This document shows positions 40,953 through 51,366 of a DNA stretch of 64,000 bases, piece by piece. A program made the position numbers and the translations under genes. How positions within the stretch are numbered: position 1 is the first letter of the stretch; each line of letters starts with the position of its first letter. This DNA is from an uncultured Phycisphaerales bacterium (GTDB taxonomy: Bacteria > Planctomycetota > Phycisphaerae > Tepidisphaerales > Tepidisphaeraceae): assembly GCA_963755915.1 (NCBI GenBank), contig CAVWLP010000002.1, forward strand, positions 416,001 to 480,000, written 5' to 3'. The notes below the pieces were generated by a model. That model saw nothing but the letters and a program-made list of their open reading frames with translations. It ran no database searches and was not told the DNA's origin.

Positions 40953-41163
40953 GGAAACTCGAAATTCGAAATTCGGAGGCGCGGACGCCTCCGGGCGCAC
41001 TCGCCGATTACGGCCCGGAGCCGTCGGCGGCTCCGACGAATCAAATTCGAAATTCGAAGACCCCCACCCTCACCCTCCCCCGGAGTACCAGGGGAGGGGA
41101 TAATTCGAGTTTTAATCATTCGAGTTTGATTCGTCATTCGAATTTCGAGTTTCGAATTTCCGC
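40953..41163. repeat. Composite intergenic palindromic element: (TTCGAAA)-type heptamer arms enclosing GC hairpins and a REP-like hairpin
   Basis: ggaaactcgaaattcgaaattcg ... cgaatttcgagtttcgaatttcc; internal cggaggcg/cgcctccg, ggagccg/cggctcc, ccctcccccgg-agta-ccaggggaggg. Confidence 0.75.
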
Positions 41164-41171
41164 GGAGGCGA

Positions 41172-44026
41172 CTAGTCGCCTCCAAGGCCGGAGCCCTGGG
41201 CGACTTTTACGAGGCGAGAATCGGAGCCTTCGACGGGTTTGGGCACCGTTGGCGGGGGCGCGGGAAGGTCGAGGGCGCGGAGAATAATGTCGGCTTCTTC
41301 CTGGTCGTTGATCTTCTTGGAGCCGACTGCGGGGCTGGCGGACTCTTCGCGGCCGTAATAGTTCAGGACAGCGGTTTCCGGGAGGATCGATTGGAGGCGG
41401 TCGAACATGAACATCCAGGCGCCGCGGTTGCGCGGCTCTTCCTGGACCCAGCCGATCTCGGTGGCGTTGCGGTATTTGGCGAAGATCGCCTGAATTTCGA
41501 CCTTGGGGAAGGGGTAGAACTGCTCAACGCGCACGATGGCGACGTCGTCGCGGCCAGCCTTCTGGCGGGCGGATTCGAGGGTGAAATAGATTTTTCCGGA
41601 GCAGAGCAGCAGGCGGCGGACGCGGTCGCGGCTGGGGTATTTGGGGTCGTCGATCAACAGGTGAAAAGAGCTGTCGGTCAGATCGGTGAGCGAGGAGACG
41701 GCGTCGCGAAGGTTGCCCTTGGGCATCATGAGAACCAGCGGCTTGCGGAAGGTGCGGCGCATCTGCCTGCGGAGAACGTGGAAATATTGAGCGGGGGTGC
41801 TGGGATAGACGACCTGGATATTGTCTTCGCCGCAGAGGGCGAGGAAGCGGTCGAGATAGGCGTAGGAGTGCTCGGGGCCGGAGCCTTCGTAGCCGTGGGG
41901 GAGGAGCATGACGAGGCCGGACATTTTTCCCCACTTGGATTCCGAGGAGACGATGAACTGATCGATGATAGGCTGGGCCATGTTGACGAAATCGCCGAAC
42001 TGGGCTTCCCAGATGACGAGGTTTCGGGGGTCGGCGGTACTGAAGCCATACTCGAAGCCGAGGACGGCCAGCTCGGAGAGCATGGTGTTGACGATGATGA
42101 TCGGGGCCTGGTGGTCGGGGGACATGGTTGCCAGGGGCACCTATTTGTCGCCGTTGTTAAAATCGCGAAGAGATGCATGACGATGCGAAAAGGTCCCGCG
42201 CTGGGTGTCCTGGCCGACGAAGCGGATGGGAGTGCCTTCGAGGAGGAGGCTGCCGAGCGCGAGCATTTCGGCGCCGCCCCAGTCGATTGGGGCCTTGCCG
42301 AGGGACATTTCCAAACGGCGGGTGAGAAGGGGTTTGAGCTTGGGATGGACGGTAAAACCTTCAGGGACGCGGGTGGCGCCTTCGCCGACTTTGCGGAGGA
42401 CTTCGGCGGAAACCCTGGTGACGGCGGACCAATCTGCCGGCGCGGGTGAAGCCTTTCCATATTCCGCCAAAGGAATGGGGCAACGCAACGGCGGTAGGCT
42501 TGGGCTGGCGCGGGCGTTGAGGGCCTCGTCGAGACGGCGCCAGGATTCGGTTTTCATCGCCTGGTAGAGTTCCTCGGTGATCACTTTTTCCGCGATGAGC
42601 TGGCGGGCATAGATTTCGGCGATGGGGGTTTTATTAGCGATCTCGCGGGCCATGACGGGCTGGGTGAAGCTGGCTTCGTCCTGCTCGTTGTGGCCATTTT
42701 TGCGGTAGCACCAGAGGTCGATCATCACGTCGCAGTGGAATTCCTGTCGGAAGGCGATGGCCAGGCGGGCGGCGTGGATGGCGGCTTCGGGGTCGTCGCC
42801 GTTGACGTGGAAAATCGGGGCCTGAATCATCTTGGCGACGTCGGTCGGATAGGGGGTGAAACGGCCCTGGCGGGGGAGGGTGGTGAAGCCGATCTGGTTG
42901 TTGACGATCAGGTGAATCGTGCCGCCGGTGCGGTAATACGGTAGCTCGGAGAGACCGAGGGTTTCGTGGACGATGCCCTGTCCACAGAAGGCGGCGTCGC
43001 CGTGGATGAGGATGGGGACGACGCGGGTGCGGGTGGCATGGTCGCCGCGGTAGTTCTGCTTGGCGCGGACGATGCCAACGACGACGGGGTCGACCAGCTC
43101 GAGATGGCTGGGGTTGTAGCTTAGCGCGATGTGAATGTTGTGGTTGTTCTTGGTTCGGCGGTCCTGGGCGTAGCCGAGGTGGTATTTAACGTCGCCGTCG
43201 CCGTCTTCGCTTTCGGCGGTTTTGCCTTCAAATTCGCGGAAGATGACCTCGTAGGGCTTGTTGACGACGTGGGCCAGGACGTTGAGCCGTCCGCGGTGGG
43301 CCATGCCCATGACGACTTCGAGGATGCCGAGAGAGGCGCCGTCGTCAACGAGAGTGTTAAGGAGGGGGATCAACGATTCGCCCCCTTCGAGCCCGAAGCG
43401 TTTCTGGCCCTGGTGCCTTTTGGCGAGGAAATCTTCGAGCGCCTGTGCAGCGACAAGTTCGTAGAGGAGAGCCTGGCGCTGCTGGGGGGGAGGATCGGCT
43501 TATTGAGGTTCGGCTCCATGCGCTCGATGAGCCAATCGCGCTGGACCTTGTCGGAGATGTTGGCGAATTCGACGCCGATGGTGCGGCAGTAGGTGGTTTT
43601 GAGCTTATCGATGAGGTCGCGGAGTGTTCCGTCGAAAGGCCCGCGGAAATCGCAGTGGGCGACGCGTTTGTCCATGTCGGCGGGAGTCAGGCCGAACTGG
43701 TCGAGGTCGAGCAGGGCATGGGTTGGGCGGTTATGGCCGAGGGGGTCGAGGTTGGCGATGAAATGGCCGAGCTCGCGGTACGAGTGGACGAGGTTTTTGG
43801 TTTCGACGCTGGCTTTCGCCTTGCTAGGGTCGAGCTGGCTGGGGTCGGCTTGGCCGGAGGCGTCGAAGGCACCGGTGAGGGTTGCGGCGCGTCCGCCCGC
43901 GGCTTCGAAGCCGGCGAAGAATGCCTGCCAGTAGGGGTCTACCGAGCGGGGGTCGGCCTGGTACTGCTGGTAGAGCCTGTCAATGTAGTCGGCATTGTCA
44001 CGATTGATGATTTCGAAAGATTCCAT
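41172..44026 (-). CDS. sucA: 2-oxoglutarate dehydrogenase E1; frameshift(s) near 43480 and in-frame TAG at 42141-42143 (likely sequence errors)
   Basis: YRELGHFIANLDPL, GMAHRGRLNVL, GDVKYHLG, HGDAAFCGQG, RGTFSHRH, WEAQFGDF, LLPHGYEGSGPEHS. Confidence 0.95.
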
Positions 44027-44384
44027 AGCGGCAGCAACTCACGGCTCCCAAAGGAGCTCAAGCCTTGGATTATAGGCTCATCAGAATCGGTACCCTAAGT
44101 GAAGCTTAACGAGATGACGGTCCGATTCCAACCCTCGTTTACAACACATTTGTTCTGGCTGATTCATCATCGACGGTCCAATCGGTTTGGCTGAAAGAAG
44201 TTGGGAATGAAATGAGGGTGGGAGGATTGTTGAGTTGCAAAGTTCTTGATGAATTGGAGTTAAGTTATTGTTACAAATGGCTTTGCGGTGATTAGATGAC
44301 AGGGACGGATGATGGGGGGCCAGATAAAATCCACCGGACATGGTGTAGAATGTCGATGAGCGAAAAATAGCGCATCCAGAAGTC

Positions 44385-44903
44385 ATGTCTACGGAACTAA
44401 TCTGCCCGGATTGTGGAGGTGTGATCGGTGGGGATTCCAGCGATGGAGGGCGGGCATGTACCTGTTGGTCGAATAAATCGGAAACGGGCGAGGCCTCCAG
44501 CGGGGATACCGTTGTTGAAAAGAATGTGGGGCCCAAGGCGAAGGTTTGTTGCCAGTGTGGGAAGGATCTGACTGGGCATCGGAGGCTGCGCGACAGCCGG
44601 GGGTATTGGTGTTATGCCTGCCACAAGCTGGACAAGGAAGCGAACAAGCCGAAGGGTGAGAAGTGCGAAGATTGCGGCCGGATCGTGGCGGAGGCGGCGC
44701 TAAGTGAATTTGAGGGGAAGAAGATCTGCGGGGCTTGCCGGGAGGATCGGAGAGCGGCGGCGCGGAAAGAGCGGATGACCAACCCGGTGAAGACGGGGGC
44801 GCATGAGCAACTGGCGAAGAAGCGGGTTTTGTGGCTATTTTTGGTGCTGGCGCTTCTGGCGGTCATAATCATTCTGCGGCAGTTGAAGATTATCGGGTCT
44901 TAG
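44385..44903 (+). CDS. Cys-rich zinc-finger protein with C-terminal membrane anchor
   Basis: CPDC..CTC, then two CxxC-x17-CxxC units, then VLWLFLVLALLAVIIIL. Confidence 0.75.
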   Translation: MSTELICPDCGGVIGGDSSDGGRACTCWSNKSETGEASSGDTVVEKNVGPKAKVCCQCGKDLTGHRRLRDSRGYWCYACHKLDKEANKPKGEKCEDCGRIVAEAALSEFEGKKICGACREDRRAAARKERMTNPVKTGAHEQLAKKRVLWLFLVLALLAVIIILRQLKIIGS

Positions 44904-44927
44904 GCGGCTGTTCGACGGGGCTCATGC

Positions 44928-45334
44928 GTGGCACAGATTCTTTTCAAACGGCGGTTCGTCGAAGCGATCCGGCGCGGGGAGAAGACGACTACGCTGCGGC
45001 GGTGGAAGTCCTGCATGGTGCGCGCCGGGCGCGAGTCAGGGTGCCTGGGGTAGGGTGGCTTAAGATCGTTTCCTGTGACGAGATTGCGCTGGGGGAACTG
45101 ACGGCGGCTGATGCGCAAGCCGATGGATTCAAAACACTTAAAGAGCTTATGGCGACTCTGCGAGAGATCTATCCGAACCATAAGTCGGATGGGCGAAAAT
45201 GGTATCGGGTGGTGTTTCGGCACGATGCGCAGAGCCCCCAGAGTCCCCAGGATGCTAGAAAAGACCTGGCACTGCGAATACGCGACGAACTTGACAAGGC
45301 CGTGCGCAGCAGCGGATCATTGTTCCCCTTATGA
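44928..45334 (+). CDS. ASCH domain protein, frameshift near 45030
   Basis: GTG start gives MAQILFKRRFVEAIRRGEKTTTLRRW (GxKxxTxR), continuing as LTAADAQADGFKTLKELMATLREIYP. Confidence 0.8.
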
Positions 45335-46137
45335 GTAGTGCAGTGATCCTCCAGCACGTCGCCCATGAGGGGCCCGGGCGGATCGTTCCAATATTTCGGG
45401 ATTATGGGATTCCGGTTCAGCTCCGGCGGCTCTATCAGGGGGACGAGGTTCCGACGGATCTCGACGAAGTCCGGGTGCTGGTACTGCTGGGGGGGACGAT
45501 GTCTATCCCGGACGTGGGGTCGGGGAAGTATCCGTTCCTTTCGACGGAAATTGAAGTTTTGAAACGATTTATCGCGGCCGATCGGCCGGTGCTGGGGATT
45601 GATCTGGGGGCGCAACTGCTGGCCTATGCGGCGGGGGCAAAGGTGTATCCGAATCATAAACCGGGTGCGACGCCGCAGGATCAGGCGGTGTTGACGCCGG
45701 AACTGGGGTGGGGGCCGGTGACGTTTCCGTTTCCGGGGGGGACAGAGCCGATCGTGACCGGATTGACCGATAACTCGATGATGTTTCATTGGCATTTCGA
45801 CACGTTTGATTTGCCAAGACTGCCTGCGCCGGCGAACCATCCACCACCGCCGGCCCCCCCACCGCCGGCGGGGAACGCGCTGCTGAGTTCGAGCCGGCTG
45901 TGTAAGAACCAGGCGTTTCGTTTTAAAAATCGACTGTTTGGGTTTCAATACCATTTCGAGTTCACGGAGGCAGACATCGACGCCGTGATCGCCGCGGCTC
46001 GGCAGGACATTACCAAGGTCCTGGGCCCCGACGGCGAAAAGACCATCCGCGCGGAAACCGCCAAGCATTACCCCCGGTACGCTCGTCAGGGCGAGCGGCT
46101 TGTGCGGAATTTTGTGCAGTTTTTGAAGGTGTATTGA
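45331..46137 (+). CDS. Class I glutamine amidotransferase-like protein with Asp at the catalytic Cys position
   Basis: LQHVAHEGPG, LLGGTMS, PVLGIDLGAQLL, FHWHFDTFDLP, NQAF, GFQYHFE. Confidence 0.85.
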   Translation: MSSAVILQHVAHEGPGRIVPIFRDYGIPVQLRRLYQGDEVPTDLDEVRVLVLLGGTMSIPDVGSGKYPFLSTEIEVLKRFIAADRPVLGIDLGAQLLAYAAGAKVYPNHKPGATPQDQAVLTPELGWGPVTFPFPGGTEPIVTGLTDNSMMFHWHFDTFDLPRLPAPANHPPPPAPPPPAGNALLSSSRLCKNQAFRFKNRLFGFQYHFEFTEADIDAVIAAARQDITKVLGPDGEKTIRAETAKHYPRYARQGERLVRNFVQFLKVY

Positions 46138-46183
46138 GTTGAGTTGTTTCAGTTCACCTTTTGGAGCCGCGCTGTAAGAGCGT

Positions 46184-47668
46184 ATGGATTCGGCAAGCAA
46201 TCAATCTGTCCGAGTTGTAAGGAAGCCTTACGTAAGGCCATGGGCATTGGCGACGCCAATCCTGGTGCTGGTGGTCTGCCTGCCGCTGCTGCGTCCGCTT
46301 CGGCAGCCGGGGATGGCGTCGGACGATGAGCAGGCGCGGCTGGCAACGATCGCGGCGCTGGTGGAGCACCGGTCGGATTCTGGGCCGCTGGCGGATCGGC
46401 TGGCGATCGACAGCTCGCGGTTTATTCTTCCTTCGCATGTGATGGAGATTGATCATCGGCTGTATAGCGATCAGCCGCCGATGCTGGCATTTTTGATGAG
46501 CGGGCCGGCGCTGCTGCTGGAATGGCTGGGATATCCGCTACGGGAGAATTCGGTCTTCGCGCCCTACCTGCTTACTTTGCTGTTCGTTACGCTTCCGGTG
46601 GCCGGGGCGGCGGGGATGGTTTACCGGATGGGGAGGATTTTTGAGCTGAGGCGGCAGTGGCGAACTCTGCTGGCGGCGGCGGTGGTGTTTGGGACCGGGT
46701 TAATCAGCTATGCGGTGGTGCTGAACCCTCATGTGCCGGCGGCGGTGCTGGTGTTGGCGGCGGCGGGATGTTTGGTCGTTCTGTCGGCGAGTCCGAATCC
46801 GTCGCGCGAGGGGCAATGGCTGGTGCTGGCGGGGTTCTGTGCGGCGCTGGCGGCAACGATCGATGTCTCGGCGGTGATTTTCCTGGTGCTGCTGCTGGTC
46901 GCGGTGCCGGTGATGCGGCTGGCGACGCCGCTGCGGATTGGGGGAGTGATTTTGTATCTGATCGGAGCGACGCCGCCGATTTTGCTGCATGCGACGCTGG
47001 TGGTTCCGCTGACGGGGAATCTTTTGCCGGGGTTTTTGCATCCGGAGCTTCAGATGCATCGGCGGATCGTGATCAACGAGCCGGCGATCGATGCGCTGCC
47101 GCAGGCATCGGATCCGCCGGCGGCCAGCGATGGCGATGACGATCTGGATTCGACGCCGGCGGCGCCGACGATCTGGACGAAAGCGGAGACCGGGCTGGGG
47201 TCGATGCTTGGGACGCTGTTTGGCGAGCATGGGGTTTTGGTGCATTTTCCGGTGGTGATGCTTGGGATCGCGGGGATGTTTGCGGTAATGCACCGGCATT
47301 GGCCGGGAACGACGAAGGTGCTGGCAGCGGATAGCGCGATTGCGATCATTGTCGCGATCGTATGGTTTTGCGCGACAAGGTATGGATCGCCGTCGGCGGA
47401 TTTTGCGAACCGGTGGCTGCTGCTGTTTCTGCCGCTGCTGCTCTTCTGGGCAGGGGCGTGGCTGAGAAGGCCGCATTCGCGGGCGGTGTGGTCGGTGGCG
47501 GCGATTTTGCTGGGGTTTAGCGTTTTGGTGTCGCTGGTCGGGGCGACGGATCCGATGCCAGCGGGGGGATATAGCGGGTATACGGCGGCGTCGGCGCTGA
47601 GGGATTTTTTAAGGCCGGCGCCGCAGCAGTTGGCGGGGACGGTGCTGGCGGATCGGTCGGGGCAGTAG
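46184..47668 (+). CDS. Polytopic membrane protein, GT-C-like
   Basis: DDEQARLATIAALVE, YSDQPPMLAFL, YAVVLNPH, ANRWLL; more than 10 TM segments. Confidence 0.6.
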   Translation: MDSASNQSVRVVRKPYVRPWALATPILVLVVCLPLLRPLRQPGMASDDEQARLATIAALVEHRSDSGPLADRLAIDSSRFILPSHVMEIDHRLYSDQPPMLAFLMSGPALLLEWLGYPLRENSVFAPYLLTLLFVTLPVAGAAGMVYRMGRIFELRRQWRTLLAAAVVFGTGLISYAVVLNPHVPAAVLVLAAAGCLVVLSASPNPSREGQWLVLAGFCAALAATIDVSAVIFLVLLLVAVPVMRLATPLRIGGVILYLIGATPPILLHATLVVPLTGNLLPGFLHPELQMHRRIVINEPAIDALPQASDPPAASDGDDDLDSTPAAPTIWTKAETGLGSMLGTLFGEHGVLVHFPVVMLGIAGMFAVMHRHWPGTTKVLAADSAIAIIVAIVWFCATRYGSPSADFANRWLLLFLPLLLFWAGAWLRRPHSRAVWSVAAILLGFSVLVSLVGATDPMPAGGYSGYTAASALRDFLRPAPQQLAGTVLADRSGQ

Positions 47669-47910
47669 GTTACGATCCGGCGTTGCCGGTTCGATGTCCG
47701 AATGTGGGACTGTGCCGCAAGCGAAAAAACTGGGCGTGTGAAGCTTTTTTTTCGGCCCTCACCCGTGCTCCTGACAGGTCGGGACTTCGCTTCGCTAAGC
47801 CTCAAATCTCGCAGATTACTGGGAGAAGGGGAAATGCGCGGCGGCCTGATCGGTTTTTCATCGTAGATGCTGTGGCCTTCCATCGACCGTTGCGTTATCG
47901 CGCAGCCCTG

Positions 47911-48813
47911 TCATTGGTGATCGTGGAAGAATTTTACGGTGTCGTGCAGCACTGGCGCGAGCCAGCGGAAAGGGTAGGCGAGGGCCAGGACTACGCCGAC
48001 GTGGGCGCGGTTGGGGTAGGCGATAAATTCAACCTGGCCGCCTTTTTTGCGGATGAGGGCGGCTAACTCGGTGGCGTTGGCGGGATTGACTTCGGGGTCT
48101 TTTAAGCCTTGGAGGAGGAGGATCGGGGGTGCGTGGCCGTCTACGAAATTGATCGGCTCGATCTGGGCGCGGGGATTGATATCGGTGCGGGACATGCCAA
48201 AGACGGCGCGATCTTCGGGGGGCGGGACGAAGTTAAAGGGACCGGAAAGGCTGGCGGTTGCGCGAATCGCGGATCGGTCGAGGCCGACACGCTCCAGATA
48301 TTGCCTGTCGAGAGACAGCATGACTGCGATGTATGCGCCGGCGGAGTGGCCCATCAGGTAGACATGATCCGGATCCCCGCCGATTTCACGCGCATGATCA
48401 TGTATCCAGCGGACTGCCAAAGCGCCGTCGTCGATAAATGCGGGAAACATCACGCTGGGATAAACGCGATAATCGGGCAGCACGGCGATAAATCCGCGGC
48501 TCGCAAGGGCCTGGCCGACGAAGCGGTAATCCGCTTTCGTTCCTCTCTGCAAATCACCCCCATAAAAAAAGATGACAATATCCGCCGGCGCCTTCGCGCA
48601 CGGATGGTAAATGTCCAGCGTCTGGCGGGGCAATGGGCCATAGGCGATGTTGGTGATTCGCGTGTATCCCCATGGGGGCACCACGGCGTCCAGCACGGCG
48701 AACCTGGTGCATCCGGAGATCGCCATCGACGATAGAAGCACCAGACACCGAAATAATCCGGCCGCTGTGGACAGCCGGCGATCATCGCCCGGTCTGTTCC
48801 ACAGATCAGCCAT
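47911..48813 (-). CDS. Alpha/beta hydrolase (esterase), probable lipoprotein
   Basis: ISGC lipobox-like, LDIY, FFYGG, GHSAG nucleophile, D and H downstream. Confidence 0.88.
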   Translation of the reverse strand: MADLWNRPGDDRRLSTAAGLFRCLVLLSSMAISGCTRFAVLDAVVPPWGYTRITNIAYGPLPRQTLDIYHPCAKAPADIVIFFYGGDLQRGTKADYRFVGQALASRGFIAVLPDYRVYPSVMFPAFIDDGALAVRWIHDHAREIGGDPDHVYLMGHSAGAYIAVMLSLDRQYLERVGLDRSAIRATASLSGPFNFVPPPEDRAVFGMSRTDINPRAQIEPINFVDGHAPPILLLQGLKDPEVNPANATELAALIRKKGGQVEFIAYPNRAHVGVVLALAYPFRWLAPVLHDTVKFFHDHQ

Positions 48814-49213
48814 TTCGACGTCCGATTCCCACGAACCAAACCCATGCGATAATGACCACCTGGAGGGGCAGGCGGGCCCAGAGCAGCCATTGAGGAAAAT
48901 CTCGTCCGGACGTTGGCTGGGGAGAAGTGGCCATGTAGACATTCGCCGGGAAGACGGCACACAAAAGAGCGATGAGTCCCCACGCGGCCGGCCGTCGAAG
49001 AGGTGGAATTAAAAGCCCCGCGCCACCGGCGATTTCGCAGATGCCGCTTACCACCACCAGCAACGAGCGGGCAGGAAATGACGGTGGGATAATCTGGCGA
49101 TAGAACTGCGGCTTCAAAAAATGGTTGATGCCCGCGCCGACGAAAAAGAGTGCGGCGATGATTCGCAAGAGCAGCCGGATTAAATCGACGCTGTCACGGG
49201 AATTACTCATCAC
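48806..49213 (-). CDS. DoxX-like membrane protein
   Basis: AGINHF, SGICEIAGG, AVFPANVYMA, RLPLQ. Confidence 0.8.
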   Translation of the reverse strand: MMSNSRDSVDLIRLLLRIIAALFFVGAGINHFLKPQFYRQIIPPSFPARSLLVVVSGICEIAGGAGLLIPPLRRPAAWGLIALLCAVFPANVYMATSPQPTSGRDFPQWLLWARLPLQVVIIAWVWFVGIGRRNG

Positions 49214-49225
49214 CCTTCATCGGCT

Positions 49226-51091
49226 CTAACCGGCCACTGGAAGCGGCACCTTATTCTTGGATGCAAGGTTTATGGTGACGGTAACCGGCCCATGCGCCGG
49301 CGGCTCGTTTGACAAACTCCGAATGGCGATGGTGCCGCGTGGCGGTTGCATGCGACGCTGAATGCGGCCGAACATCATACGGATCGCCCATCCACCGGTG
49401 CGGCGGATATTTTGGGTCAGCCCGATCATGCCAACGATCTGCATGCCGGCTGGCTTCATGCCCAGCTTTGACTTCCGCCGAAACAGCGCGACGGCCAGCC
49501 AGACCGGGTTGTACATGAACGCGTAGGCCAACAGCATATTGATCTGCTTTCGCCACGGGCGCGGGAGACTGGATGCGACTACGTAGTTTCCGTCATACAT
49601 ATAGGGGCGGGTTTTTCTTCCGCCGGCGCTGTCCAGGACCATCCCCTGCTCGAAAGTCCCCTCGTAGAGTTTGGTGCCGGGCGACGGGGTCAACATCAAT
49701 ACCTGAAGCGAGACCGCCCCCGACTTGCGCAGCAAATTGACCTGATTGAGGAGCCCGTAATTCGTGCCCGGCGAGTAGAGGGGCTGGGAGTCATGGTGCA
49801 TCATCATCGGCATCGGGCAAATGCCGGCATCCCGCATGAGGCGGAAAGCCTCGGTGGTTTTGTTGACGCTCTGGCCCTTGTTGACGAGCTTGGCGGTCAT
49901 GTCCTCGACGCCGAGCCAGAGGGCACGGCAGCCCGCCTCGCGTATCAGGGGAAGATGCTCCTTCATCTGGAGGGTGTCGTGAACAGTTACCTCGGTATAC
50001 CATCGCGCCCGTTGCCGCAGGGGCACACCGTCGAACTCGGAGCGGGCGAGCGTTTCGACAATATCCAGGGTGCGGGCCTTGTTGTTGAAGAAGTTGTCGT
50101 CGGTGCCGAAGAAATAGCGCAGGCCGTATTCTTTGTTGAGCTGCCACATCTCGTCGGCGATGCGCGGCGCTGATTTGAGACGGTGTTGCCGCTGGTTGTA
50201 AGCTGGAATCGGGCAATAGGGGCAGGCAAACTTGCATCCGAAGGTCATCACGAGTGAGCTGATCGGACTATTCCAGCGGACGCGATTGGCGGGAAGTGCG
50301 CGTGAACTCAATTTCGAGGACCGGCTCGGCGGCTCCAGGAGGCGGTAGCCGAGCACCGGATGAGGCAATTCGTCAAGATCGCCAAGGAGGCGCTGCATGC
50401 CGGTGTCGATCAATTCCTCGACCGCGCCGTCCGTCTCGCCGCGCGGATAGATGAGGCCCGGGATATCGTCCAGGGCATGTGAATCTCTGGCGCGGATGAA
50501 GGCCGACCGCATGGATTCACCGCTGCCGCGCACGGACAAGACGGCTTCGAGGAGGCTGAGGATGACAAATTCCTCGCCGGTGACGGCAACGTCCGGGCCT
50601 ATGGGATCGCCTGATTCCGTTGTCCGTTCCGAATGTCCGCCGCCGTACAAGAGATCCGGCTCATAGACCGCGTGAGATCCTCCGCCAATGATGAGCGGCC
50701 TGCAGGCTGGGTCGATCCGCCTGGCATCGCGGATCAGGTCCAGCGCGCGATCGGAATGCATGCCCATGGTCGAGACCAGGAACAAATCCGGAACCCGCCC
50801 ATCGAGTTGCATGCGCGACGGACGGAAATTGCGGTTCCACTGCTGGAGGACAATGCGCGTTTTCTGGAAACCGGCGTCCACCAGCGCCGAACCGATTGCC
50901 CGTACGCCCGCGGGGACCATTCGCGTGTCGGCATAAAAGAACGGAAGCATGCGCGTGCGATGGTCGAAAGCGCAGGCAATCACCGTGACCAAATCGTGTT
51001 TAGAAGCGAGTTTGCGCAAGCGCTGGCGAAGGTCGAGCATCTCGCCCGGCCTGAGCAACTCGTCCCCACGTGTGCGACGCGGAAGTTCCAT
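49226..51091 (-). CDS. B12-binding-domain-type radical SAM protein
   Basis: GCKFACPYC (CxxxCxxC), IIGGGSHA, GTDDNF, LGVE, TPSPGT. Confidence 0.85.
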   Translation of the reverse strand: MELPRRTRGDELLRPGEMLDLRQRLRKLASKHDLVTVIACAFDHRTRMLPFFYADTRMVPAGVRAIGSALVDAGFQKTRIVLQQWNRNFRPSRMQLDGRVPDLFLVSTMGMHSDRALDLIRDARRIDPACRPLIIGGGSHAVYEPDLLYGGGHSERTTESGDPIGPDVAVTGEEFVILSLLEAVLSVRGSGESMRSAFIRARDSHALDDIPGLIYPRGETDGAVEELIDTGMQRLLGDLDELPHPVLGYRLLEPPSRSSKLSSRALPANRVRWNSPISSLVMTFGCKFACPYCPIPAYNQRQHRLKSAPRIADEMWQLNKEYGLRYFFGTDDNFFNNKARTLDIVETLARSEFDGVPLRQRARWYTEVTVHDTLQMKEHLPLIREAGCRALWLGVEDMTAKLVNKGQSVNKTTEAFRLMRDAGICPMPMMMHHDSQPLYSPGTNYGLLNQVNLLRKSGAVSLQVLMLTPSPGTKLYEGTFEQGMVLDSAGGRKTRPYMYDGNYVVASSLPRPWRKQINMLLAYAFMYNPVWLAVALFRRKSKLGMKPAGMQIVGMIGLTQNIRRTGGWAIRMMFGRIQRRMQPPRGTIAIRSLSNEPPAHGPVTVTINLASKNKVPLPVAG

Positions 51092-51366
51092 AATGTTGGC
51101 CTTTCCTTGGCCGAATTTCCCCCGCGAAATACGGCTGACGAAATTAGTCGTCCAATATGCGTAACAGATTAGGCCTTATGCGCCGGAAATGCGACGCATG
51201 GACCGACGTCTATACCACTGGCGGAATTGTACCACCTCGTCGGGCCGGGAGCTACAAAAGCAGTCCGCGCGGATGGCGATTATCCGGGCGATCGCAAGTT
51301 GAGTTGGGACAGGAAAGCGCCGTGCAAGCACGGCGGCTACACGGAGAGGAGTTGGGGACGGACCCC

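Noticed and set aside
42141..42143. In-frame TAG in sucA (and at 58790) as stop-codon recoding
   Set aside because: The expected residues differ (probably Tyr in sucA, Trp in GYF_2), many genes end normally in TAG, and no pyl genes or suppressor tRNA are visible
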